Source: an uncultured Planctomycetia bacterium
GTDB taxonomy: Bacteria; Omnitrophota; Gorgyraeia; Duberdicusellales; 4484-171
Assembly: GCA_964489445.1 (NCBI GenBank)
Contig: CAZAYU010000001.1
Span: 274,276 to 338,275 of the forward strand
DNA: 64,000 bases
Direction of reading: 5' to 3'
Numbering within the stretch: the first letter of the stretch is position 1; each line of letters begins with the position of its first letter. Shown here one piece after another: positions 49,342 through 59,890 of this stretch. A program made the position numbers and the translations under genes. The notes under the pieces are model-generated. The model worked only from the letters and a program-made list of their open reading frames with translations, was not told the DNA's origin and searched no databases.

Positions 49342-50217
49342 TTAGTAGATAACTTTATTTAACGGATACTCAATAATGCCTTGCGCACCGTTCTCCTTAA
49401 GCAAAGGCAAAATTCCCCGAACATCTTTCTCGTCAACAATAACCTCGCAAGCAACCCAGTCTTTCACAGACAATGAAGAAATAGTTGGTTTTTTTAATGC
49501 CGGGAGAAGCGATAAAATTCTTTCCACATCTTTATCTTTAACATTCAGTTTTAGTCCTACTTTTCCTCTAGCCTCTAAGGCACTTTTTAAAAGCAAAAGG
49601 ATATTGTTAATCTTTTTCTTTTTCCACTGGTCCTTAAATGAATTTTTATTAGCAATAAACTGAGTAGTTGAAAAACAGACTGTGGCAATTTCCCGCAATC
49701 CGTTAGCTTTTAAGCTTTCTCCGGTTTCGGTAAGCTCTACAATTGCATCAACTAATCCGCTCTTTACTTTAACTTCTGTAGCTCCCCAGCTAAATTCTAC
49801 ATCAACATTTACTTTTTGTTTTTTAAAAAAATTGCGTGTATAACGCAATAGCTCAGTAGCAACTCTTTTCCCTTCTAAATGGCTTATTTTTCTTATCTTT
49901 GAATCTTCCTTTACCGCAATAACCCATCTTACCGGATTAAGAGTCCTTTTAGAGTAAGGAAGCTCAGAAACCCTTATGATGCTTGAATTGTTTTCTAAAA
50001 TCCAGTCTTCTCCGGTAATTCCACAATCCAGCACTCCTTCCTCAACATAACGAGACATCTCCTGTGCACGAATCAAAACAGGTTTAATCTCTACATCATC
50101 AATAGAAGGAAAATAAGAACGATGGCTTAAGCAAATATTAAATCCAGCCATCTGAAAAATCTCTAGAGTTTTTTCCTGTAGGCTTCCTTTTGGTATTCCT
50201 AATTTAATAATTTTCAT
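49342..50217 (-). CDS. hisG: ATP phosphoribosyltransferase, long form
   Basis: GIPKGSL, DCGITG.D, WGATEVK, ETGESL, C-terminal regulatory domain. Confidence 0.95.
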   Translation of the reverse strand: MKIIKLGIPKGSLQEKTLEIFQMAGFNICLSHRSYFPSIDDVEIKPVLIRAQEMSRYVEEGVLDCGITGEDWILENNSSIIRVSELPYSKRTLNPVRWVIAVKEDSKIRKISHLEGKRVATELLRYTRNFFKKQKVNVDVEFSWGATEVKVKSGLVDAIVELTETGESLKANGLREIATVCFSTTQFIANKNSFKDQWKKKKINNILLLLKSALEARGKVGLKLNVKDKDVERILSLLPALKKPTISSLSVKDWVACEVIVDEKDVRGILPLLKENGAQGIIEYPLNKVIY

Positions 50218-50247
50218 AATTTTCTTACTTTAACGAATAGAGGGCAA

Positions 50248-50276
50248 ATTATACTCCCCTTAACGATAATTGTAAA
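50248..50276 (-). promoter_or_regulatory. Sigma70 promoter upstream of hisG
   Basis: TTTACA-N17-TATAAT. Confidence 0.6.
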
Positions 50277-50357
50277 GTAAAAAATATTTAATGCTAATAG
50301 TAGCTTCGCCAGCTCTTTTTTCCCTTTTTAATACAATTGCGCCTGATATTTTAAGTA

Positions 50358-52105
50358 CTATCCTTGAACAGGCATTAATTTTCTAACATTTACAATAAAC
50401 TCCTTGATATTCTTATTTTTGACATCAATATTTAAGGCATCTTCTAGGTACCGCAAAGCCAGATCAAGATTGTTCTCTTCGACTGCAATACAAGCTAACA
50501 TAAAGAGCACATCCAATCTTAAAGATGTATGATTAAGATATCTTTCCAAAATTTGTCGTGCTTTTTTGTATTGCCCATTCTCCAAATATAATTGGACTAA
50601 TGCTTTGTAAGAAAAAGAAAAACCGGGGCTTTTTTCAATGGCAATAAGAAAATACTTTTCAGCCAACTCTCTTTCCCCTGTTGCCTTGTAAGTGTTTCCT
50701 AAATTATGATAAGCCACAGGATTGTATTGATTTAGAGCGATTGCCCTGCTGTATATTTTCTCTGCCTCTTTGTAGTCACCTACATCCGCATAAGCCATGC
50801 CTAAATTGTTGATAACTCTATAGCTATTTGGTGCATATTTTAGCACTTGTCGATAAAAACAATAGGATTACGCCAGTCCTCATTCCTGATAATCGTTGTC
50901 GATCCGAGAAACAATAAAAATAAAACAAAAATAAATAAAAAATGTTTCCGAAAACCAGTTTTTTTCACAATGAACATTCCCAGCCAAATTAAAATCAAAA
51001 AAATTCCAATCATCGGAAGATACAACCAATGTTCATAAAGTAAACCGTTGATCGGAACAATAAGATTGGATGTAGGAAACAAGCCAATAAAAAACCAAAG
51101 GATACCAAAACTCAAGATCGGAAATCTCTTCAAACAAATAAAAACTAAAAATATTAGCCCTAAAAAGATTGCTCCTCCTATAACCACTGGCAGAGAAAAA
51201 AAGGAGGTTGCAATTTCTATACTTCGCTCCATATGAAGGTTCATTGGCCAAAAAAGAAGCTTAAAATATACTATTAATATTTTAAAAAAAGTAAATAAAC
51301 GAACAAAAAAGCTAGAAGTGAAAATATTTACTTCGTTGTATAAATTAAAAGTATTTAGGAAATTTAAAACTGTAGCCCGAAGAATAATATAGCCGCCGGT
51401 AAAAATAAAAAATGGCCACACAGACTTCCCTATTGTTTTTATCCTTCTTATCGGTGAAATTTTTGTATCCATAAAAAAGAAATCTACTATTAGAATCAAA
51501 ACAGGCATAATAATAGCAGTTTCTTTAGACATTAAAGCCAAAACGTACATTATCAAAGACAAGCAATAAACAAGCCTTTTCGACGATAATTTTTCTAAAC
51601 TGCGAAATTTTAAATAAAAAATAATTCCTAAGAATATGAAAAATACCGAAAGAGAATCTCCCAAACTATTAACATATGTTACAGCTTCAGTCTGCAACGG
51701 ATGGATAAGAAACAGCAAAGCCGTCCAGAACGACAACCAGACATTCTTAAAAAGATAGATAAGAATAAAAAATAAAAGAATTGCGCAAGCAATATGAAAT
51801 AAAGTATTAACCACGTGATATCCGACCACCCAATCTTTCCAAAGGTGCCACTCTAAAGAAAATACCGAAAGAAGCGCTGGCCGCCAATAATTACTTACTA
51901 GCCCCGCACCAGCAATAAGATTTTCAGAAAAAAATTTTGGAAAATACTTCCAGTCTTTAATGAATTGATTTTTCAGGATAAAGTCATCGTCGTCCCAAAA
52001 CATCTGGTTAGAAAAACTATTAGCATATAAACTTAAGCCGATAGCAACTAACAAAAAAACAAAAAAATAGCGTTTGAATTCTTTTTTTGCTAATATATGT
52101 CTCAT
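50358..52105 (-). pseudogene. TMTC-like GT-C membrane glycosyltransferase with C-terminal TPRs, split by a 1-nt frameshift
   Basis: WDD, WRP, HPLQTEAV, SKE, EHWLYLP, RNEDW; adding one T to the T5 run at 50855-50859 joins the two ORFs as ...NPIVFYRQVLKYAPNS... Confidence 0.8.
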
Positions 52106-52148
52106 TAAAATTATTTAAAGCTTCTTAATTGCTAACAATTTTTCGAAG

Positions 52149-53228
52149 CTACCGGGTAATCAATTTTTCCACCATTGGAAAAACTTCTTCGGGGCTTATT
52201 TCTCGTAAACACTTTTTATCATACTTACACCCTTTAAACCTAAATCCTTCATAGCAAGGCTGACAACAAAGATCTTTCTTAATCACAAGGCAATTACTCC
52301 CCTCGGGGTAAACTCCGTAGATTTTTTCATTTTGCGGCCCAAAAAAAACAACTATCTTTCTGTGTAAAGCCTGAGCAATATGAAAAGGACCTCCGTCATT
52401 AGTAAGTATAAGATCACAAAAGGAAACAAGCCCGCAAAATTCTTCTAGATTAATTTTTCCACATAAATCTATCGGCTTTTCTTCCAAATTATCATATAGA
52501 TAGCTACATAAAGAAATTTCAGATTTCGAACCAAAAACAATGATCTTCGCCCCTATTTTTTTTTGTAATAAAGAACATAAAGCTGTAAAATTGGTTCTGG
52601 GCCAGCGTCGAAAGTAAGCAGTATTTCCCCAGCTATCACCAGACCCCGGAGACACGCCCACAAGAAAAGCATCTTTACTTATCCTATGTTTTCTTAATAT
52701 CCCTTCTGCTGCCTTTATTTTTTTACGAGGAATAAACAAATCAAAGCAATACTCTTTAGGATCTATGTCTAAGAACCAAAGCAAGCTTAAGTAATACCGG
52801 GCAACATGTTTATCTTTATATCCTTGAGGTATATCTATTTTATGTGTTAAAAACCTTCCTCTTTTTTTAAAATTAAAACCGATGCGAGTTCTTACACCGG
52901 CAATTTTAAAAAATAAACCATATTGTGCATTCAGAGAAAGATCAAAAATTATATCGAATTTACTTTTCTTTATATCTCTACGAAAAGAAAAAAGCTTCTT
53001 AAAAAACTGAAATTTTGATTTTCGCGCAATTGCTTTCCATTCATCTTTTTCAAACACTAATACTTTATCCAGCAAGGGATTATCCTTTAGCAAAGGATAC
53101 ACCCGGCGATTACAAATATAGGTAATCCTAGCATTCAAAGATTCTTTAAGGTTTTCAATCAGCGGCATACTAAATACTACATCACCAATTCCAAAGGGAT
53201 TAAATACTAGTATATTATTTGTCTTCAT
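52149..53228 (-). CDS. GT9 LPS heptosyltransferase (WaaF-like)
   Basis: GIGDVV, RRWP, TNDGGPFHIA, FFGP, CQPC...C...C. Confidence 0.88.
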   Translation of the reverse strand: MKTNNILVFNPFGIGDVVFSMPLIENLKESLNARITYICNRRVYPLLKDNPLLDKVLVFEKDEWKAIARKSKFQFFKKLFSFRRDIKKSKFDIIFDLSLNAQYGLFFKIAGVRTRIGFNFKKRGRFLTHKIDIPQGYKDKHVARYYLSLLWFLDIDPKEYCFDLFIPRKKIKAAEGILRKHRISKDAFLVGVSPGSGDSWGNTAYFRRWPRTNFTALCSLLQKKIGAKIIVFGSKSEISLCSYLYDNLEEKPIDLCGKINLEEFCGLVSFCDLILTNDGGPFHIAQALHRKIVVFFGPQNEKIYGVYPEGSNCLVIKKDLCCQPCYEGFRFKGCKYDKKCLREISPEEVFPMVEKLITR

Positions 53229-53343
53229 TTTTTTCCTGTTACCAAGGTATTGTCATCCAACATCAACCTAATAATGAAAACGTTTACAATGCAACACATC
53301 TCAAAGCTTGTAAACCAATAATAATACATGTTACAGTTTAATA

Positions 53344-53409
53344 AGGGTTCCTTGTTTTTTAGGAACCAAAGCCACGGGCCCTCTCCTAATTTTTAGGGGA
53401 GGGTTTTTT
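53344..53409 (+). ncRNA. Putative ~65-nt two-hairpin small RNA
   Basis: Upstream TTGTAA-N18-TACAGT with extended TG; hairpin GGTTCCT/AGGAACC; linker AAAGCCACGGG; terminator CCCTCTCCTAA/TTAGGGGAGGG + T6. Confidence 0.5.
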
Positions 53410-53437
53410 ATCTCTAGGCTTATTAGTATGGTAAAGC

Positions 53438-53899
53438 TCATAATTTATTTAATACAAAAACTATTGAGGTGACTATTGTTCCGGCAATAGCTACACCTAT
53501 TAAAATTGCTAAAAACGACTTCTTAACGTTCATATTAAAAAGAGTAGCAGCTACCGTACCTGTCCATGCACCGGTTATCGGCAAAGGAATAGCGACAAAA
53601 GCAATTAGCCCCCAAAAACCCCAACGCGCTACTATTTTTGATTTTTTCTCTACACGTTTGAACCACCATTTTAAAACTTTACCAAAAAACCAAACATTAT
53701 CTAAATGATGAGCAAAATATTTAAAGAACAGCAGCAGTGGTAAAATGGGTATCAAATTGCCCAGGATAGCTAATAAATAGACCTTCCCCAACGAAGATAT
53801 ACCCAACACTTTGCAACCATAAGGTATCGCAAGCCTTAACTCAACAACTGGCGAGGCAGCTAACCCTATAATAATCAACTCTTTATTAAAACAAAACAT
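53438..53899 (-). CDS. COG2426 small multidrug export-like membrane protein
   Basis: PVVELRLAIP, GN..P, FVAIPLPITGAWTG. Confidence 0.88.
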   Translation of the reverse strand: MFCFNKELIIIGLAASPVVELRLAIPYGCKVLGISSLGKVYLLAILGNLIPILPLLLFFKYFAHHLDNVWFFGKVLKWWFKRVEKKSKIVARWGFWGLIAFVAIPLPITGAWTGTVAATLFNMNVKKSFLAILIGVAIAGTIVTSIVFVLNKL

Positions 53900-53939
53900 G
53901 TACTAATACAATATTTTAAATTCTTCCTTAATTGTGAAT

Positions 53940-54602
53940 TTATCCTTTTGTCTGAATAACAAATCTTAAGAATCTCAATGTATCTATAAACGGATGTATC
54001 TTGCTGGAAGGATTTCTAAAATAAATACTTTTTATCGGAATGCTTTCTACGGAAAATCCCAGCTTAGCGGCCTTAATAATAATTTCTGACTCTATCTCAA
54101 ACTTATTGCTTTCAATGATAATTTTCTTTAGCACATTCCGTTTTATTAGCCGGTATCCGCATTGAGTATCTGGAATATCCTGCCCGACTATTTTTGAAAT
54201 AAACCAAGACATAAATCTATTAGTAATGAATCTTACCCTCGGCATCTCTAGAGGATTAACCATCCGATTGCCAACAACTAAATCCGACCCGCTTTGCGCT
54301 TTAAGCACAAACTGATCAATATCCAACGGACTATGCTGTCCGTCGCCATCCATAGTAATTACGTAGTCGAAATTATTTTTCTTTAAAAGAAAATCTATAC
54401 CCTTATTTAAGGATTTACCTTTACCTAAATTCTTTTTATTCCTGATAACTAAATCTGCCTGCTTCCGGGCAACTTCATATGTATTATCCGAAGAGCCATC
54501 GTCAACAACAAGAACACGAAATTCTTTTTCTTTCAGCTTTATCAAAATATCGGCCAAGCTTACGTTTTCGTTATATGCAGGAATTATTACCCAGATTTTC
54601 AT
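53940..54602 (-). CDS. GT2 polyprenol-phosphate glycosyltransferase (DPM1-like)
   Basis: IPAYNE, VDDGS, NLGKG, MDGDGQH, DTQCGYR. Confidence 0.9.
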   Translation of the reverse strand: MKIWVIIPAYNENVSLADILIKLKEKEFRVLVVDDGSSDNTYEVARKQADLVIRNKKNLGKGKSLNKGIDFLLKKNNFDYVITMDGDGQHSPLDIDQFVLKAQSGSDLVVGNRMVNPLEMPRVRFITNRFMSWFISKIVGQDIPDTQCGYRLIKRNVLKKIIIESNKFEIESEIIIKAAKLGFSVESIPIKSIYFRNPSSKIHPFIDTLRFLRFVIQTKG

Positions 54603-54623
54603 GCTGTTTTTGAACTATTTTTT

Positions 54624-55466
54624 TTAACTTCCCAGCCAATATTTCTGAAACATGTACCATTGACCAGGGTATTTTTTTAAATATTTTTCTAAAACTAAAA
54701 TGTATTGTTTTAGCAAACAAGTCTCGCTGTCATTTTTTTTCTCATCAATATTAATTGGCTTTTCAAAAATTAAACGATAGAAATACTTATTTTCCCGGAT
54801 AAAAAAAGAAGGAATAACTTCTGATCCTAGCTTTAAAGCAAAAAAAGAAGCTCCTCGAGGAATACAAGCTTTACAAGAAAATATTTTCAATTTTATTTCT
54901 GAACCGGAAAAATCTTTATCCCCCAGTAAAGCAATCACTTTTCCCTTTCTTAAAGCAGAAAAACAACCCCTGATGCCTAACCCTGTAGGAATAACTTCCA
55001 TTCCAACCATCCTTCTGCGTCCATCAAAAAATCTGTTTACACGCTTATCTTTGTGCGCTAAAGCAACAGCGGAAAGAGGATAGCCTAACAGAGAAGTTAC
55101 TGCTCCTCCTAACTCATAATTGCCTAAGTGAGCAGTAAGGATAACTACACCTTTACCTTTGGTTAATGCATTATCCAAATGATCCAAACCATCTATTCTC
55201 ACATACTTCTTAACAAAATCCTCATTTAAATAAGGATAGCGAAAAAAATCTACTAGATAATAAGCAAAATTAGTAAAAACCTCCTTCACGCAACGATTAA
55301 GCATGCGTGGATCATCAATAATTGGTAAAAGATTATAGGCAACTGCTTGACGATCTTTTGAGGCAAAAATAAAATACAGGTAGGCAATAATTTTAGCAAG
55401 AACATAACAGGCTTTGCGGGGAAGGATCAAAGACAATGCTGCTCCAGAGATAAAAAAATAATACAT
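54624..55466 (-). CDS. LpxL/PatA-type lipid acyltransferase
   Basis: TAHLGNYE, ALLGD, PGQWYMF. Confidence 0.87.
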   Translation of the reverse strand: MYYFFISGAALSLILPRKACYVLAKIIAYLYFIFASKDRQAVAYNLLPIIDDPRMLNRCVKEVFTNFAYYLVDFFRYPYLNEDFVKKYVRIDGLDHLDNALTKGKGVVILTAHLGNYELGGAVTSLLGYPLSAVALAHKDKRVNRFFDGRRRMVGMEVIPTGLGIRGCFSALRKGKVIALLGDKDFSGSEIKLKIFSCKACIPRGASFFALKLGSEVIPSFFIRENKYFYRLIFEKPINIDEKKNDSETCLLKQYILVLEKYLKKYPGQWYMFQKYWLGS

Positions 55467-56581
55467 TAGCTTATCAATTCCAAAACCAAATCCACAATTC
55501 TTAATGAAGAATCGATAATTGAATTTTCTTTTGCTTGTTCCTTCAAATAATACATCGTTTTCTTATTTTCAAATAGTTCATTAATGATATTTTTTATTTC
55601 AAGAATATTATCAGTATTAATTACCGATTGCTTACTAAGAAGATACTCTACATTTCTTTCTTCTTGACCAGGAATAGGATTGCTAACTACTATACACAAC
55701 CCTTTGGCTAAAGCTTCTGAAATGGTTATGCCCCCGCCTTTTGTAATGATTATGTCCGAAAAATCCATAATTTTATAGACATCATCCGTATAACCAAAAA
55801 CAAAAATGGGCTTTTTAAATGTATCCTTATGTTTTATAAACCATTCGTAAAGACTTTTGTTGTTTCCGCAAATTACTATAAGCTGAAAATTATGTTTTAG
55901 TTTGTCTAACCTTCTGGCGATTAACTTCAACGGCCCCATTCCTAATCCCCCACCCATAATTAATAATGAATTTAAATTATTCATAAACCCAAACTCTTCA
56001 GCAATTTCTGTCTTAGGGTAAGTGTTTATAAATTTAACAGAGATAGGTATTCCCAACACTTTGACTTTCTCTTTGGAAACACCTTCTTCAATTAATACAT
56101 CTTTTGCTTCTTTGCAAGCTACAACATATCTATCCACAAGAGGATGAACCCAAAAACGATGAGGATGATAATCAGTTACAATCCCAACTAGCGGGGTTTT
56201 GAGATTATATTTTTGTTTAAAATCAGCTATTAAGCCACAAGGGAACGCTTGTGTAGCTAAAAAACAATCAGGTTTCCCACGCTGAATAAGATTTTTAAGC
56301 TTATCAAAAGCAAACCGATTAATTAGCTGCAAAAGAGGACTTAAAGTTTTTATCACCCTTTTTCGGTCGTAAGCTTTCCCCCATAAATGCGGAAAATGCT
56401 TGATAGTCATCATATACATAAGGTTGATAACTTTCTCACCTAAAGGGTAGAAATACCCTAAACCATTGATATTCATTGTTTCTATCTGCGGATTTCTGTA
56501 TAAAAAAGCCTCTTTTAAATTTTGAGCCGCTTTATTATGACCACCGATTTCAGAAATATGGAAAATAAATACTTTTTTCAT
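55466..56581 (-). CDS. GT28 diacylglycerol glycosyltransferase (UgtP/MGDG synthase-like)
   Basis: GGHNKAA, VTDY..H..W, GIP, MGGGLG, TKGGG, PIPGQEERN. Confidence 0.88.
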   Translation of the reverse strand: MKKVFIFHISEIGGHNKAAQNLKEAFLYRNPQIETMNINGLGYFYPLGEKVINLMYMMTIKHFPHLWGKAYDRKRVIKTLSPLLQLINRFAFDKLKNLIQRGKPDCFLATQAFPCGLIADFKQKYNLKTPLVGIVTDYHPHRFWVHPLVDRYVVACKEAKDVLIEEGVSKEKVKVLGIPISVKFINTYPKTEIAEEFGFMNNLNSLLIMGGGLGMGPLKLIARRLDKLKHNFQLIVICGNNKSLYEWFIKHKDTFKKPIFVFGYTDDVYKIMDFSDIIITKGGGITISEALAKGLCIVVSNPIPGQEERNVEYLLSKQSVINTDNILEIKNIINELFENKKTMYYLKEQAKENSIIDSSLRIVDLVLELIS

Positions 56582-56589
56582 TTAAAAAA

Positions 56590-57936
56590 TTAAATTAGGT
56601 CAATATACTGCTTACCTTCTCGAAACGGATTAAGAGAATGACTTACTTTGAAACGCTTATCATCGGCTAAATTAATAATTCCTTTTCCAGGCTCTTCGAC
56701 TAATTCAACTTGAGGTGAAAATATATCATTCTCGTTCTCTTTTCTCACTATACATATTTTACCATTGTTAAGAGACACTATCGTCCCCCGGGGCCAGACT
56801 CCCATTATTTGGAAAAACTTATCAAACACAGGTGGAAATATTTTTTTGCCCCGTTCATTAAGCATTATCTCATAAATCACCTCTGGTGGGTAATCACTTT
56901 TATAAGATCGCCTTCGAGTAAGCGCATCATAAATATCACAAACCATAATTATTAAGGAAGCAATATGCGGTTTTTTTAAAAGAGAAATTTTCGGATACCC
57001 ACTACAATCGTATCCAATGTGATGCTCAAACGCGACTACAGACGGCAACACCGTTAATGCCTCTGTCTGCTTCATGAGTATTTCCACCCCCAAAACAGTG
57101 TGGCTTTCCATTTCAGAAAACTCGTCAACTTTTAATCTCCCTGGTTTCTGAAGTATATTTCTTTTTATATAAAGTTTACCAATATCATGAAACATCCCCG
57201 CGATGCTTATACTCGTTGAATCTTTACGAGAAAAGCCCAAACGACAAGCAAGATACATAGCCAAGCTGCTTACATTCAAAAGATGTGCAAAAGTGTTAGA
57301 ATCGTGGCCTTTAGTTAATACTAAGTTAAAAAATAACTGGTAATTTCCCATCAGACTTTCCATGATACTGTTTGCAACAAATTTTAAGCTCAAATTATCA
57401 ACCGCGCCTTCATTAAGCAAAATATCTACAGATTGGCCAATTTCATTAAGAGAATTTTCATAATCTGAAGATGAACTAACGGCTTTCTTTGTTATTTGCG
57501 ATCTCTCTCCTTGGAATTTTGGAACTCCTTCTCTAATCCTATCAACACTTATATGTGCGAACTTTTCTCTCAATGATTCTTTGCTGCCTGTAGTTTTTAT
57601 TGTATCGACCGGAATCAACAACAAACTAATAAATTTCGTTAGCTCTTCTTTAGTAACCCCTTTTTGAAAAACAATCTTTTCGATTCCTCTCTTCTTTAAC
57701 TCATCAATACCAGAAGCTACCCTTTTGCTTAAATCAAAAAATATGTGTTTACCACTGGCCAGCTCCTTGCCAAATATTCCAACTGTCAGCTCACTATTTT
57801 CATTCAATACAACTTGCAAATTATTATACGCCTGCTCAACAGAAAGTAAGAACCGAGGGTGCTTAGTTTCATATATCCTAGCTATCTGCCAAGATGACAT
57901 TAGCTCTTTTAAAAATAGTTTAATTAATTCAAACAT
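56590..57936 (-). CDS. HD-GYP cyclic-dinucleotide phosphodiesterase with uncharacterised N-terminal domain
   Basis: HLLNV, HDIGK, EHH.GYD.SGYP, DIYDAL..RRSY. Confidence 0.88.
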   Translation of the reverse strand: MFELIKLFLKELMSSWQIARIYETKHPRFLLSVEQAYNNLQVVLNENSELTVGIFGKELASGKHIFFDLSKRVASGIDELKKRGIEKIVFQKGVTKEELTKFISLLLIPVDTIKTTGSKESLREKFAHISVDRIREGVPKFQGERSQITKKAVSSSSDYENSLNEIGQSVDILLNEGAVDNLSLKFVANSIMESLMGNYQLFFNLVLTKGHDSNTFAHLLNVSSLAMYLACRLGFSRKDSTSISIAGMFHDIGKLYIKRNILQKPGRLKVDEFSEMESHTVLGVEILMKQTEALTVLPSVVAFEHHIGYDCSGYPKISLLKKPHIASLIIMVCDIYDALTRRRSYKSDYPPEVIYEIMLNERGKKIFPPVFDKFFQIMGVWPRGTIVSLNNGKICIVRKENENDIFSPQVELVEEPGKGIINLADDKRFKVSHSLNPFREGKQYIDLI

Positions 57937-59855
57937 TAGATCTTGCTTAAAACTCTCACAGCTAATTTTCTAATATCTTTATTCCAAAAAAAATGATATT
58001 TGCTTAAGGAGCTTAGATATTTTTGTGACTCTTTGAACGGAATTTCTCTTACAATTTGCAAATTCTCTTTTATTATACGACTATTTATTCCGAAATAATT
58101 CTTAATGTCCAACAAAATTTTAGCAGCTTTCATTAACGAATCAGAATCTTTCAACAAAATTACAAGCGCCTGCTTACGTTGAATAAAATTCCCGTTTTTA
58201 ATAACGCTTAGCACAAACTGCTTATCATAAGAAACCAACCGTTGCATTATTTTTAGAACTTCACTTTTTATTAAATCAAACGATTTATTAAAAATATGCT
58301 TAAGGATTCTAATGCTAAGAGGGTACTCAAGAATTTGAACCCCATTAACAATTTTTTTGATTAGAATTACATTCGATAACGATTCATTTAAATAATTATA
58401 AAATTGATTTATATTATTTGGAAAAACATAAAAAAACAAAAACAAAGCATTCGAGTTAAATTCTTCCTCCTCGAATATCATCTTAAGATATTCTTCAGAA
58501 TTAGCACTCCCTGCTTTTACAATATTTGCATAGCGTGTGCTTAAAAACTTCTTCCCTTCATTTAGCATTGCTTTTTCTACAAAATTAGCAACTTTCTCAT
58601 AAGCATACCTGCAAAAACCATCAAGCGAATTATTAGATAACTGCTTTTTTTCAAGTAAATTAATAAACTGTTGAATATAAGAAAACTTATTCTCATCGAT
58701 ATCTTTTTTGATTTCTAGTAAAATACAATCAAGTGTATCCTTAAGTTTTTCTTCATCTTTTTCTAGCATAAATAATTCCAACAAAATAAAACAGTAATTT
58801 TTTTGCAGCCATCCATAATCAAAACTAACATTCTCTTCCGAAGAAATATTTTCAAAAATTTCAAGCAGATTACGTTTATATATTTCCGAAACTTTTTCAC
58901 TTCCAGGTAAAACAAATAATTGTTTAATATTTTTTACAACATCAGGATTATTCATTAGCTTTTCTTCACCGCCTAATTTACTCAATAAAAAAGATGCTAT
59001 ATTGCCATGTTTTTCTTCGCTCACAATCTTTGCAAATAAATCAAGGCTTAGATGGTTAAACTCTTCTTTCCCTTGGAATCTTTCTATTAATACATCAGAA
59101 ATGCCTTTAGCATCTATATTATTGAGAAAATTTCTTAGCCGCATTTCACTTTCTGGTGAAATAGAAATATCACTTTTAAAAATAGATTTAGACAAATCTT
59201 TAGAACTCTCAAAAAACTTATCCCTATCTGAATCTTGAAGATAATTAAAAAACTTAGCAAGCACCATTCTTTTTTGATTATCCTGAGTTAAATCATTGAT
59301 GCTTACCCCCTCCAACATCTTATGAGAAAATTTTGATAACTCATTAATTTTCTGAGCATTACCTTCGGCAAGGCTATCGCTCAACAAACTAACCCAAGCA
59401 TCTTTACACTCCTTCCCTTCACCAGTTAACAATTCTGAATAATCTAAATTTTTAACTATAATATTGGAAACGCCTGCTTTTTCCAAAACAACAGCTAACC
59501 CACCTTTTGTTAAAATATCATTGGGTGGTAGACTTACCTGCTCTAAAAAACTTTGTAGCTCCACAGAAGATACTTCTTTTTTTACTTCAATGCTTTTTAT
59601 TTTACGCAAATGAAAAAAAGTAGCTGTATCTTTATACATTTTTCCTTCTTTCAATGAAAGCTTACCAATGATTAAATAATCTGCTGCAATTTTTATTTCA
59701 AGCACATCAACCGAAGAAAATATTTTATTAATACTCTCTTTCAAACCATCTATTGATTTGGTTACAAGGGGATGATCCTTAAAGTAAACAGAAATATTGG
59801 TAACCGCTGTTTTTAGGTTTTTTAAAAAATCATCATACATATTTTCATTACTCAT
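57936..59855 (-). CDS. Large helical (HEAT-like) protein sharing an N-terminal domain with the HD-GYP protein
   Basis: N-terminal YFKDHP...RKIKSI.V...V...EL..FL; all-helical C-terminal region. Confidence 0.7.
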   Translation of the reverse strand: MSNENMYDDFLKNLKTAVTNISVYFKDHPLVTKSIDGLKESINKIFSSVDVLEIKIAADYLIIGKLSLKEGKMYKDTATFFHLRKIKSIEVKKEVSSVELQSFLEQVSLPPNDILTKGGLAVVLEKAGVSNIIVKNLDYSELLTGEGKECKDAWVSLLSDSLAEGNAQKINELSKFSHKMLEGVSINDLTQDNQKRMVLAKFFNYLQDSDRDKFFESSKDLSKSIFKSDISISPESEMRLRNFLNNIDAKGISDVLIERFQGKEEFNHLSLDLFAKIVSEEKHGNIASFLLSKLGGEEKLMNNPDVVKNIKQLFVLPGSEKVSEIYKRNLLEIFENISSEENVSFDYGWLQKNYCFILLELFMLEKDEEKLKDTLDCILLEIKKDIDENKFSYIQQFINLLEKKQLSNNSLDGFCRYAYEKVANFVEKAMLNEGKKFLSTRYANIVKAGSANSEEYLKMIFEEEEFNSNALFLFFYVFPNNINQFYNYLNESLSNVILIKKIVNGVQILEYPLSIRILKHIFNKSFDLIKSEVLKIMQRLVSYDKQFVLSVIKNGNFIQRKQALVILLKDSDSLMKAAKILLDIKNYFGINSRIIKENLQIVREIPFKESQKYLSSLSKYHFFWNKDIRKLAVRVLSKI

Positions 59856-59890
59856 CTTAGATTAACCCTAATTAGTTAACAATAGTATTA

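Noticed and set aside
53340-53410. c-di-GMP-I riboswitch (AAAGCCACGGGCC resembles part of GEMM) or tracrRNA
   Set aside because: Lacks the GCAAAC/GNRA tetraloop-receptor architecture and a same-strand downstream gene; no cas genes or CRISPR repeats nearby
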